Source of the DNA: Azolla caroliniana
Lineage: Eukaryota > Plantae > Polypodiophyta
DNA: 64,000 nucleotides
Assembly (NCBI GenBank): GCA_043228905.1
Contig: JBHGNT010000013.1
Location: 3,534,001-3,598,000 of the forward strand
Direction: 5' to 3'
The notes beneath the pieces are model-generated. The model was not told the DNA's origin, did not search any database, and was given only the letters and a program-made list of their open reading frames with translations. This document shows, piece by piece, positions 51,170-62,767 of the stretch; the stretch's first letter is position 1, and each line of letters begins with the position of its first letter. A program made the translations under genes and the position numbers.

Positions 51170-54100
51170 TAAAAGCACACAATTATATTAATTGTATGTA
51201 AAATCCACTTGGTTACAACACTTCTTAGTCTCCTCTACCTATCATGTGTCTATGTAGGGAGAGGGACATCTTGTAATTCCATTAAAAAACCTGAATATGC
51301 ATTTGAGGAAATTATCCCCACATGCTCTAACATTCAAAAATTCCACATGAGAATACCGTTTAACTTCTTTATATAGGCGTTCACCCCATGTCTATTATCA
51401 AACATGAAAGCATTACGCATATTCCAATTGTGTTGTAGTCCCGAATAACATAAAATCCAAATGCATTTCCAAATCCAATATTGCTGCACCACCTAACCTT
51501 TTAGGAGTAGCCAAATGGTCCCATGAAATCTATGTAACTCCCATCATTTCTCCCTTCCACCACAACATGAACCGAATAGGTTGTAACATGTTTTGCAATG
51601 CCTTCTTAGTCCAAGGTAGTAAAGGCAAAAAATATAATAACATGGGTATCAAGATACATTGCACCACTTTGAGTTGTACATGAAAGGGCAATAATTGAGA
51701 CTTCAAATACATAAACTTTTCCTTCAATTTACTACAAATCTAATCAATCAAATGAGCATTTGCAACATCAACACTGAATGGATAACCCTAATGTTGATAA
51801 ATTGATCCTCGTGTAATCACTGACCCTCACCATCCCAAACATTCCAAATCACTCTCCGTACAAGAAATAAGGTGAAACTTCCTCCAATTTATAAACAACC
51901 CTGAAGCCAAAGCAAATTGATTCCAAACTCTTGTCATGCTTTCAACACATCCTCATTAATAATCAACGTTGGCCCAATCAAATTCTTAAAATGAGTAATA
52001 CATAATAACCTTGATTGGGTCTACAATAATGCCTTCCCCTATCTTAATTTGTACCACATTCGAACGAGCATATGATGAGAATGTCTTAATCCTTGAAAAA
52101 ACATATGAGATTGTGATTGATTATCTATAAATCCCTCCTTAACTGACATAGTCTTGTTTGTTGATAACTTTGACAAGACAAATTCCTCACAATGTCATCT
52201 ACTTGAACTTGAACATTGAAAAGCTCTTCATCATGCAGACTATTCATCAATAGTACATTGCATCACGTAAGAATATGTGAAAACTTATCAATCAATTTCT
52301 TACGTCTTTTAGCATTAGTCATACCATACATACGATGAATACCACCGATGTTTTGGAGTGTTGTATGCCATGCATGTCATCCTTTTGAAATAACTTGTTT
52401 TGAAAACATGCCAAAAATTTGTTGCATATAGGCATCAAATAAGGAATGTAATAATAAAGAAGAATTAAACCTCAAAGGAACTCGATCAAGTAATGTTTTG
52501 TACATATCTACCCCATGTTTATTAAATTCAAAACATATGGGAAAATGATCCAATGTCACCTCTTGCATAATTGACATATTAAGCATCTATGGCAAAAAGG
52601 ACTCCTTATGCATAACATACATTCTATCTAACCTACTCCATGTTTCCTTATGTTGCATAGACTAAAATGTAAACCCAATCTCATCTCGATGCAACCATTT
52701 CCATACGTCCAACTTCAAAACCTCTGATGCCAATTTGTCCCGAACTGCTTGCTCATGAGAATCGTGAAGTAGATTGTGAAGCATCAACAAACATATTAAA
52801 ATCACCCATTAACAAACCAGCACGGCCCACTAATAACTCTAGATACATTGAAGAGCATAACTCAATGCGTTGATTAGCATTATTGGGTGCATAGATTCCA
52901 AGTACAAACCGTATCAAATCCTCAAAATACTTGACTTCCATCACCAAAAAACATTCATATGGATCATTATAGACTATATGTGGACAAAACAAATCACGAA
53001 TAATCATGACTACTGCTGAGTAATGATGTGATAACTATCTTGCATAATATGCAGAATATCCATGCAAATGTAACACAGATCCTGCTAAATCATGAAACTT
53101 ATGTTCAATTGCACATAAAACATCCCATTCTTTATCAAATAAAGTTTTCCCTAAAATACACTTCTTATGAGGAGAAGCTGCCCCTTGCACATTCCATGAT
53201 ACCACTTTCATTTAACACTTTAGTAAGAACTTGCTCTTTATGAGCAAGTGTATTCATGAATGTACTAAATTCTTGTTCAAGAGCTGCATAAGGATTCGTG
53301 TGTACTACATCCCCTTCACCAATAATAGGGTTTTGTTTTCTAGATCCACGAGAACGAAGCCCTTGATTTAATTGAGGTCACACCACCCTTCCTGAAGAAT
53401 CGAATTATAAATTGTTGGACACTCTTTGATTTTGCGTTTGTTTTCTGCCAATGATTTTTCTTAAAGCCCTCATTCAATCTCAAATTATCTTTTGGTAATG
53501 CCTTACCGTTAGTATTTTTTGTGTCCCTTTGTACGGCAACACCCTTCCCTTTTATCTTATGCTTCACTTGATGCCACTCTCCATCTTCAACATCTGGGTC
53601 ATCATTAATATATACTCCATTCTCCTCCCCAACATCTCTAACATGACCATGAACTTTAGGATCTCACTCTAACCCATGAGATGTTCCCTCATCCATGACC
53701 ATATCAACCATTGAGACAATATCCTTCTCAACATCTTCCTTATTTTTCCCTTTGACATAAAATTTCAGGGATAGTTCACCATGATATTGGCATTCAGACA
53801 TAAAATGCCCCAATTTACCACATTTTAAAAAATGTCATGCAAAAGTCTCCCATTGAAGCTTAAAATGAAATCGACCAAATTGAGATGTATCTATACTCAA
53901 CCATCTTGAAAGTTTACAACTTGTATCCCATAACATGCAAAATCTACATTTGTTCAATGAATTAACATGAGGGGCAACCAAAACATTACCAATTTGAGAC
54001 ATCAATCCAGGTAGTAAATCCCAAAAGAATGAGTTACTACAATCAATGGTCACCCAAATTAGACATTGTTGTTTTAATAAATCTTTATAATCCACCACCA

Positions 54101-54610
54101 GAACCCATTCCATCGCATGCACTAATCTTCTATAAAAAAAGATTGGTACCTTTGCCATCAAAGCCATACGGTGTTCTGATGGTCGAAAAACCACATCATA
54201 GAAACCTCTTGGACCCACATACACATCCTCAACACAATGAATCCAACCACAACTTAATCCATGATACCAAATGAATCCAACCACAACTTAATCCATGATA
54301 CCAAATGAATCCAACCACAACTTAATCCATGATACCAAATGAATTCAACCACAACTTAATCCATGATACCAAATGAAGTTTGCTAGTGAAATACAAAATA
54401 ACACTACGATCATAGAACCTGTCAAAAGTTGCTAACATAGACTTGGTCTCCATCGCCACCTCTTCAACATCCGCCTCCACACAATCTTTAGCATCTTTCT
54501 CATTTTGTTCCATAAAATTAGAAAGCAAAGCCTTAACAAAACCACGACGATTGTCAATATCATAATCATCTCCAATAACATGTTTCCCACGAAGAATAAC
54601 AACATATGAT
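51170..54610 (-). mobile_element. Degenerate L1-like LINE (ORF1 with zinc knuckle; ORF2 endonuclease and partial RT)
   Basis: ORF1 remnants GFYDVVF and KCGKLGHFMSEC; APE endonuclease motifs IYAPN, GDFN and DHFPI; C-terminal ORF2 remnants. Confidence 0.7.
54237..54377. repeat. 34-bp minisatellite, four copies
   Basis: ATGAATCCAACCACAACTTAATCCATGATACCAA at 54237, 54271, 54305 and 54339. Confidence 0.95.
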
Positions 54611-54637
54611 GTTCTCTCTCTCTCTTTTATTATTATC

Positions 54638-55061
54638 GTAATTAGCTTACCCTATTGGTAAGTTGTTACACTACAAGTCACTATGTCTTGGGTTCAAAAC
54701 CCAATTTTACTCACCTCTCTATTATATACTCCAGACATATCTCTTAATTCATTAAATGCCACTATGGAATGTGGGGGTGTTCAACGACCACTTGGTCTCC
54801 ATTGCGCAACCGTACCAACTGAGCTACATCCATTTGGGCCTCTCTCTCTCTCTCTTTGTTGTAATTAGCTTACCCTAGTGGTAAGTCGATAACACTACAA
54901 GCACTATGTCTTGGGTTCGAAACCCAATTTCCTTACCCCTCTATTATATACTTCACATATATCTCTATTTCACTAGATGCCACTGTGGAATGTAGGGGTT
55001 GAACCCATGACCACCTGGTCTCCATTGGGCAACCTTACCAACTGAGCTACATCCATTTGGG

Positions 55062-55062
<1 letters not shown>
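54638..55062. repeat. Dual tRNA-like repeat unit, copies 2 and 3 in tandem (SINE-like)
   Basis: Plus-strand module TAGTGGTAA...GGTTCGAAACC and minus-strand module TAGCTCAGTTGG...GGTTCAACCC; the copies are separated by (CT)n. Confidence 0.8.
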
Positions 55063-55094
<32 letters not shown>

Positions 55095-55270
55095 GTGTGT
55101 GGGCGCCCACACACACACTCTCATCGCAGGCCCTTCTCGGAAATACCGAATAGAATACGTATCCCTGGACACTCATATGAAAAGGCAAAAGCTCAAGAAA
55201 ATATAAAAAAGAGAGAGAGACACACACACACACAAGGAGAGAAAGAGAGAGAGATACACACACATACAAA

Positions 55271-57057
55271 GAGATAGATAGATAGATTATATTATCGTCT
55301 TCAGAGGTCAAATATGACCTATGAGACCAAAAATATTACATTTCACGTGATATGTGTGAAAGTGAGTAGTGACTCTTGATGTTCAAGAACTTTACTAATG
55401 AATCTAGCAATCAAGAGTGCACGTTGTGTTTGTGAGAGAAATTCTTGCAAGGATTGGGCTTGGTTGAAGAGATGTGGAAAGCATGGTCGAATATGATCAA
55501 AGGCGGAGCATTGTATCAAAGTGTGATACTTAGACTCTCGAACTTGTTTAGGGCAAAGTGTGCATAGCCAGCCACTCTCATCACTTGTGGCCCAATGCCC
55601 CGTCTCACATTGCAATGCATGTGAGCTATGTCTCATGGAAGCAATGGTTCGAATGGAAGATAACGCGATGGGCTGTAACATGTATCGATATGTACGGTTT
55701 CCCCATTCCGCAAAGAATATGGTTTTGTAGTTGGGTGCAACATGTGTCGTATAATGTGTGAAGCGTGAGCCTCCACATTTGTCCCATGTCATGATACATT
55801 GGTGTTGCAAAAAGGTCTCATTTACTGAGGAATCTATGTGTAGTATAATGTACGGAGCATGAGCCTCCACATTTGTCCCATGTCATGATACATTGGTGTT
55901 GCAAAAAGGCCTCATTTACTAAGTGATGCATCATAAAGTAAGTGTCTTACATCCCATTTACCAAACCATTTTTCTATATTTTGCATCCAATTGGAACACA
56001 AATTTGCCTTTATGCGTTTTTTGGATCTTTTTGCTTGCTTCCCATGAAATTCTAGGAAGTTGATGTGAGAGATTTTTTTGAACCTTAAGCATGTATTCAA
56101 CAAGCATTTTCATGGCCATGATCTCAATGGGAAACGATCCCATCTCAAGGAGGAGGTGGGTGTAGGGCGTTTGTTTCTTCACTTGTAGAAACTTTGTAAG
56201 AAAATGTTTTTGGATATTTTTAAACTCTTTCCACATAGATTTAGGGATGCTACCGCCCCATACCTCCACCCCATAGAGAAGAACTAGTGTCACCAAAGTG
56301 TCAAAAAGATATTTCTTGAGGACCCAACACTTAATATCTCCAAGATTGCATGTGTTCTCAAATGCATAATATGCTCGCTTACCCGCCTCTGAGCGGTGTG
56401 GAGCACATTCATTCTATCTATGATTTGACGGAACTTCAAGGACAAGATATTTGAAGCTTTCCACACATTCAAGTGGCTCATTATTGTACATAATGCATGA
56501 TTTACCTCTTTTTTGGGTCTTCACAAGCATAATCTTTGTTTTAGAGCTATTGACACTTAATTTAGTATGCACGCAAAATTTTTCCAATGCCTTCATAAGC
56601 TTTTGTGCATCTCCTAAAGTATTTGCAAAAAGCACTACATCATCCGCATATAGCAAAAGCATAATCACAACATTCCCAATGACAACTTCTTTAACACATT
56701 CTTCCTTTACAAACTTGGCAACCATTTCTTCCAATTCATCAATGCATAGAGCAAATAGTGTTGGTAAGAGTGGGCTTTCTTGCTTAACACCAATAGTGCT
56801 ATTGAAAAAATCTGAAAGTCTATCTCTCATATGCACACAACATATAACCTTCTCATATATTTGGGAAATTGCAAGAATATATTCACTTGGCACCTCAAGT
56901 TCTTCCATTCGCCTCAAAAGATGCTCACGAGGTACCATATCAAAAGCTTTCTTGAAGTCTACAAAGCAACAATATAAACCTTTACCTCTAAGGCGACTTT
57001 CCTCCATTAATACTCGAAGGGTGACATGGTGATCAATGGTGCTATGGTGTTTTTGAT

Positions 57058-57060
<3 letters not shown>
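55271..57060 (-). mobile_element. 5'-truncated RTE-like LINE, same family as 1209-3372
   Basis: Near-identical RT (FVDFKKAFD, LLYADD) and 3' UTR with (TCTA)n tail; (GA)n tracts on both sides; internal duplication at about 55766-55920. Confidence 0.92.
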
Positions 57061-57094
<34 letters not shown>

Positions 57095-57335
57095 AGAATT
57101 AGAATTTTTATCGTCCATAAAGAGGCCATTTTTTACCTATGGGACTAGAGTATACATGTGTTCTTGATATGTGTCTCCTTCCTAAGAAGGGGTATTCATA
57201 CATTGAAGCACAAAGTCTCTATGTGCAAATAAAGCATACACATGACCTCAACCTTCTCGGTGGTGTCTTAAGTGTGACACTTAAGTTATCACTCCCTCTT
57301 AGTATGTCAACATATCTTGAACGAATTGTACTATA

Positions 57336-57928
57336 TGTTACGGACAAGTATAATATAGCAAAGTGAAGACAAGACTAGAAAATAAGAGAGAGGAAAAGAA
57401 CAAGAACTCAACTTATAGAATCCGTAACTGGTGTTGTTCACCTTGATTAGAATCAAGGTGCCCCTGAGTATTTATACAAGAAGGTAGGGCTATGTAAGCC
57501 AGCTAGAAATAGAGTATACATGAGGATGCATGCAATAGAGAATGCATGAGAATGTGTGCAAGCTAGAAACTTCCAATGTTCAATCTACACTACATGAAGT
57601 TAGATTTGGTACAAGTATGCATAATATGTAGCTCAATTGGTAGGGTTGCCCAATAGAGACCATGAGGTCTTGGGTTCAATCCCTACTTTCCTCCGCGGCA
57701 TATGTCTATGACATTATCCTCCCTTTAAGGCCGCATCTTAACACCCGTGACCGGTTTATGAGGGTATCGTTGATGAAAAGCGCGAATTGCCTCCGACACA
57801 TTTTGTAAATCTATAACTGGTTCCCATGTGGCGTCTGAAAGAGGGTAACCTTTCCATAAGACCGAGTATTGAATTCTTCGGCAACAGAAGCAGGAGTCGA
57901 GGATTCAGTCAACCTCGTACTCCTCACC
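57336..57928 (-). mobile_element. 3' end of Tcn1-like chromovirus 'D' (chromodomain, PPT, 3' LTR 57336-57713)
   Basis: The minus strand reads EEYEVD...YLVLWKGYPLSDATWEP...FHQRYPHKP, followed by PPT AAAGGGAGGATAA and TGTCAT...TAACA. Confidence 0.8.
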
Positions 57929-59199
57929 TGTCGATGTTAAATGTTTGGATTGCACCACGATCGGTCACGAAGAAGAGTACATCAACAAAAAGTAGTACAG
58001 CTAAAGAAACTATGAAGAAGAAATGGCAAGAGAAAAAGGAGCTAATTGGTAGCCAAGTGTGAAAGAGGCAAACCATAAATGAAAATACTATATGAACCGC
58101 ATTGTGGTGGCTTTGTAGGGGTTCTTCCATTTTAGTAAAGTTCTCCCTATCGATTATTCCTCTCCTCCTTCTTGTATCCCTTAAGCTTAAGAGAGATTAG
58201 TGAAGTGTTTAGTTAGGGCACACTAATCTCTCTTCTTTGTTGGTGCTAGACCTCTTAGCAAAGAGGGTTAATAAACATATTTGTTACTCTTATTGTCTAT
58301 ATTCATTACTCCTATTGACTATGAGAGAGACTTTCAGAGAGTGAGAGAGATATTGTGCTTATTAATCAATTAATTGTTAGGTGAGTGTGCGGCTCGGAGG
58401 TGTCCGACAACCATCTCTGCCCAATTCGCCATCAAAAGGGTATACGCCGGTCCAAGCTCTGCAAATGACATCGAGGAGGGTTTAACTCCGTCGATACATA
58501 GATCCAACACATTTATTTGACGTCGTTGCCTGGGAAACGACTAACGCTTGAAGCCGATTTCGAGTGATTGAACACTCGTAGGCAACCCACTTAACTAGGG
58601 AAGAAATAAAAAGGGAACCATTGTTTTTTAATTAAAAATTTCACCACTTCATGTTTTAATTAAGCTAATTTTATGTTTTTTTTTAGTTTTATTTGTTTTC
58701 CCTCTAATCGCCTAGACATTTGCAAGCTATTTGTCTGGTTAATACTAAGCATTTGTTACGAACCCTCAAAGTTTGATGTCGAGACAACACCAGGAACATC
58801 CAAAATCCTTTGTCGTACATATGGCCGGATCCTCATGGACGAGGATGTTAAAAACCCGACCTACACATCAGGAAGAGGTCACGGAAACCAATCCAACATA
58901 TGGTGCTAGCCCATCTAACCCGACTCGATACCACGGTGGGTGGCTAACCCCAGGGATGCTACCAAACATGAACCTCCAACCGAGCCCGGCAACCAAAGCA
59001 CCTCTCAACACGCCCCCACTACAAGACAACCCAACAACAGACTCGCCCAACATAGAGTGACACATATGGGATACCACACAGGAGCTGCGTGCGATAGAAT
59101 AGGAAATCAATATATGGACGATGCAACTTGCGAAAGGAGGACAACCGGAGGGGATCACCCGAGACATTGAAGTTGCCCTGGCAGAAAGGAAAGACACGT

Positions 59200-62100
59200 T
59201 GTCGTGATGTTGTGTGTCCAATGGGAGAAATTGTGAAATAGTGTAGTTCCACGCACATTACACAAACGATTATGAATATGAAAATTATCCTAGGGTCTAA
59301 TGGCATTCGAGTGCATATAGAGGGGTGCAAGCAAGATTTGAACCTCGCACCTCCAAGATAGGAGACATTTATCTTACCATTAGGGCTACTACCAAGTAAT
59401 ATGTATTTCTTTTCATATTCAAAAGCCATAGGAAAACAACCGTACAAAACCGTGTGCACAAAACCATGTTCCGAGCCCATGGTTTTGTGCATGCACAAGA
59501 AAAACTGTGTGCCCAAAAACCATGGATCCAAGCCCATGGTTTTATGCATGATAGAAGCATGGATAGACCTATAAAAATCCTCATAAGGCTTGTGTAAGGG
59601 GGGGGTCAATTTGGAGATCATCATCATCATCATCAATAATAATATAATACTCTTCTTATTCTTCTTCTTGACATCTATATTCTTCTCAAGTATAAAAAAT
59701 CTTTGGTTTTCTCAAGTGTGACATTAGTTTCCTCAACTCCTACATACACATCGTCATCTTTTCGACAATTTCACGAACATCCTCCCCGGTCCGAGACCCC
59801 AATGGTCCCTCTAAAGCGAAGCACGCACACACGCGCATCTTCGTGACATCTTTGGTGAACCCGACGTGAAGAGCGGCAGGGAGGATGAAGATGGACAAGG
59901 AATATCTCATGAAGGCAATGTCGAAGATGATGATGGAATTTTCGAGAGAAAGTAAAAGACGACATGCGGCCCAACAAGCCGTCAAAAGCATGGTCGAGCG
60001 AGTCGGTTATTTCGACGGGGGCATAGTGCAAAATTTTCTAGGCACCTACAATGCCCAGATGGATTCGAGAGGTGTAAAAGAAGCTATGAGGCTAGAGTAC
60101 TATTGTTGGGTGGTGGCTGAACCGAACTACAAAGAGGTAAAAGAGCCTTTCAAGGAGGCTCTATTGGAGGCATATGGCTCCGAGAGACCGAAGGGACAAA
60201 GTTTGTACAAGTTCAACCAATGGGTGTCATCGATGAAGACCCACCGGAGTGCCATGGATGCGTTCGTTGAGTTTGAGTGTCGCTTTGGTCAATTCTCAGA
60301 GTGGGATTGAAGATTGGTAGGGGTGAATAAAGTTCTACTATTTGTAAAGTCAATCGAGCGGAATGAAAGGAAGGCCATTGGAATCCAACTCGAGGATGAC
60401 GATGGTGAAAATGGCCTCATCGAGGATTGGCCAAAGTGGAAAGGGTATGTTGACAACACGACGAGAGGAAGACAAGATTCTCATCAACAACACGACCCAT
60501 GAGGGATGTTCAAAGGAGAACGGGATGCAATACACCACCACCGAAGGAAGAAAACTCGAAGAGGGAAGATTCGATACTCAACATAGAAGCCTTAATGAGA
60601 GAAGCATTCAAGAACTTAAAGGCGCAAGGTGATGCTTAAGAGGAGCTTAAAGTGGAGCGAAAACCGAGGAGAACAGTGATCGAGGAAAAAGAGACCTCCC
60701 AACAAATATGGGTTAATGAAGTGGCCGATACAAAGGCTCAAGTTTTTTATGACAATACCATGGGAGAAGGTGTGAAACAAGCCACCTTCTCGACTTACTT
60801 AGGAACGACGGTCAAGAGAAAGGCTGAAGACTCGAGAGCAGGAAATGTTGCTTTAAGAGTGGACGAGCATTTTGAAACACATGTTGTGTCCAAAATATCA
60901 AGTGATGAAGGTGCAAGCATGAGCAAAGCTTGCATGATCGAGGGATGTAAAGAGTGCGAGGTTGACGTGATTGAGGCGGTAGCCACGAGGAATGACATCG
61001 AGTCGCAGATGGCTCTGGAAGAGTCCACGTTGGATGATCGTGTCGAGACTTTCCCAACACTTGATCTAGAGACTTGGGCAGTTGTTTCCGAGAGCCAACA
61101 TGAGACCCAAGAGATGGAAAGTGGTGGGGAAGCAAATATTGAAGACAATGCGAATAACAACGTTGAGCGAAAGATGGCTATGGATGAGAAGACGGTGACT
61201 GATGGTGTGGAGGTTCTCCCCACAATTGTTATTGAGACTTCGGTAGTTGTGCCTGAGTGCTAATGTGAAACCGGAGAGACAAAAGCTGACGGCAAGAAAT
61301 CGAAGGACCAAAGCGGCGATGAGGACGATGACCACAGACTAAGGGATCATTCCACACTGGTTCAGGAGACTTCGGCAATTGTGCACGAGAGCCAACATAA
61401 GACTGGAGAGATGGAAGGTGGCGGTGAGGAGATGAGGGTCGAAGCCATCGCATATGGAGGAACGGTGACCAACAAAGAGGCCAAGAACAAAGCTACAATA
61501 GACTTTGATGAAGAGCCAGAGGGCGGCAAGAAAGGAAGAATCGGAAGACAATCTGGATGGAAGATGCAACGGTTGGTATTCCGACCCAAACGGAAGCCGA
61601 CCCGGACGGGAGCTAATCAACTGGGCCCCACCCAACCAAAACCCGGACGAACGCCGACCCGGAGGGAAGCCGATTCGGCCAAATGTGAATCCGGAAGAAG
61701 ACCGACCAAGCCAAAAGCTGATTGGTCGAGATTGATCCAAACAAAAGTTGAGCCGGCGAAGCCGGAGGTCGAAGCAGAGGAACCGTGACACCCAGTTAAG
61801 ATTGTTGCGCATGAGGAAATGCAAGCATGAGACGAGAAAGGACGATCGGAGGAAGTTTGATGACCAAGGAGATGGTCGGGGCAAAGGCGGCACATGTACG
61901 ATGCATGAAGGGTTACGTTTAGGAGGAGCAAAAGGGGCTATGAGAAGTGGTGATGGCAATGCAAAGGGTGAGTGAATGATATGGTTTATCGGGTGGCGAC
62001 GATGGTTCGGGTGGAAAGAATGCATGTGCTCAAAATGGAGGACAAAGGCCACGCATGTGAGGCGCAAGAAAGAAAGAAATCAAAGGCCAATCACTCTTTT

Positions 62101-62767
62101 CTTCTTGGCACATGCTGGAGGATGTGCGGTTTGGTGGGGGTGGATGTCGTGATGTTGCGTGTCCAATGGGAGAAATTGTGAAATAATGTAGTTCCACACA
62201 CATTACACAAACAATTATAAATATGAAAATTATCCTAGGGCCTAGTGGCATTCGAGTGCATATAGAGGGGTGCAAGCAAGATTTGAACCTTGCACCTCCA
62301 AGATGGGAGACATTTATCTTACTATTAGGGCTACTACCAAGTACTTTAAATGTTATGTATTTCTTTACATATTCAAAAGACATAGGAAAACAACCGCACA
62401 AAACCGTGTGCCCAAAAACCATGGATCCAAGCCCATGGTTTTGTGCATGATAAAAGCATGGATAGACCTATAAAAACCCTCGTAAGGCTTGTGTAAGGGT
62501 GGGGGGGGGGGGGGGTCAATTTGAAGATCATCATTATCATCACCATCATCATCAATAATAATATAATACTCTTCTTATTCTTCATCTTGACATCTATCTT
62601 CTTCTCAAGTATAAAAAATTTTCGGTTTTCTCAAGTGTGACATTAGTTTCCTCAACTCCTACATACACATTGTCATCTTTTCGACAATTTCGCGAACATC
62701 CTCCTCGGTCCGAGACCCCGGTGGTCCCGCTCAAGTGAAGCACACACGCACGTGCATCTTCGCAACA
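59200..62767 (+). mobile_element. Non-autonomous gypsy element with tRNA-Trp PBS; LTRs 59200-59848 and 62145-62767; degenerate gag and acidic region, no pol
   Basis: Diverged direct repeats; PBS TGGTGAACCCGACGTGA; the PPT/LTR junction resembles that of the element at 1-1208. Confidence 0.85.
59853..59869 (+). other. Primer binding site, tRNA-Trp
   Basis: TGGTGAACCCGACGTGA is complementary to the 3' end of plant cytosolic tRNA-Trp (…TCACGTCGGGTTCACCA, from recall). Confidence 0.8.

Noticed and set aside
54237-54377. CRISPR-like 34-bp repeats
   Set aside because: The repeats are contiguous with no spacers, there are no cas genes, and the context is eukaryotic.
54866-55052. Functional tRNA genes
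   Set aside because: Acceptor and anticodon stems do not pair properly and the copies are diverged; treated as tRNA-derived repeats.
60652-62067. env-like extra ORF
   Set aside because: No signal peptide or transmembrane pattern; fragmented acidic and basic low-complexity frames.
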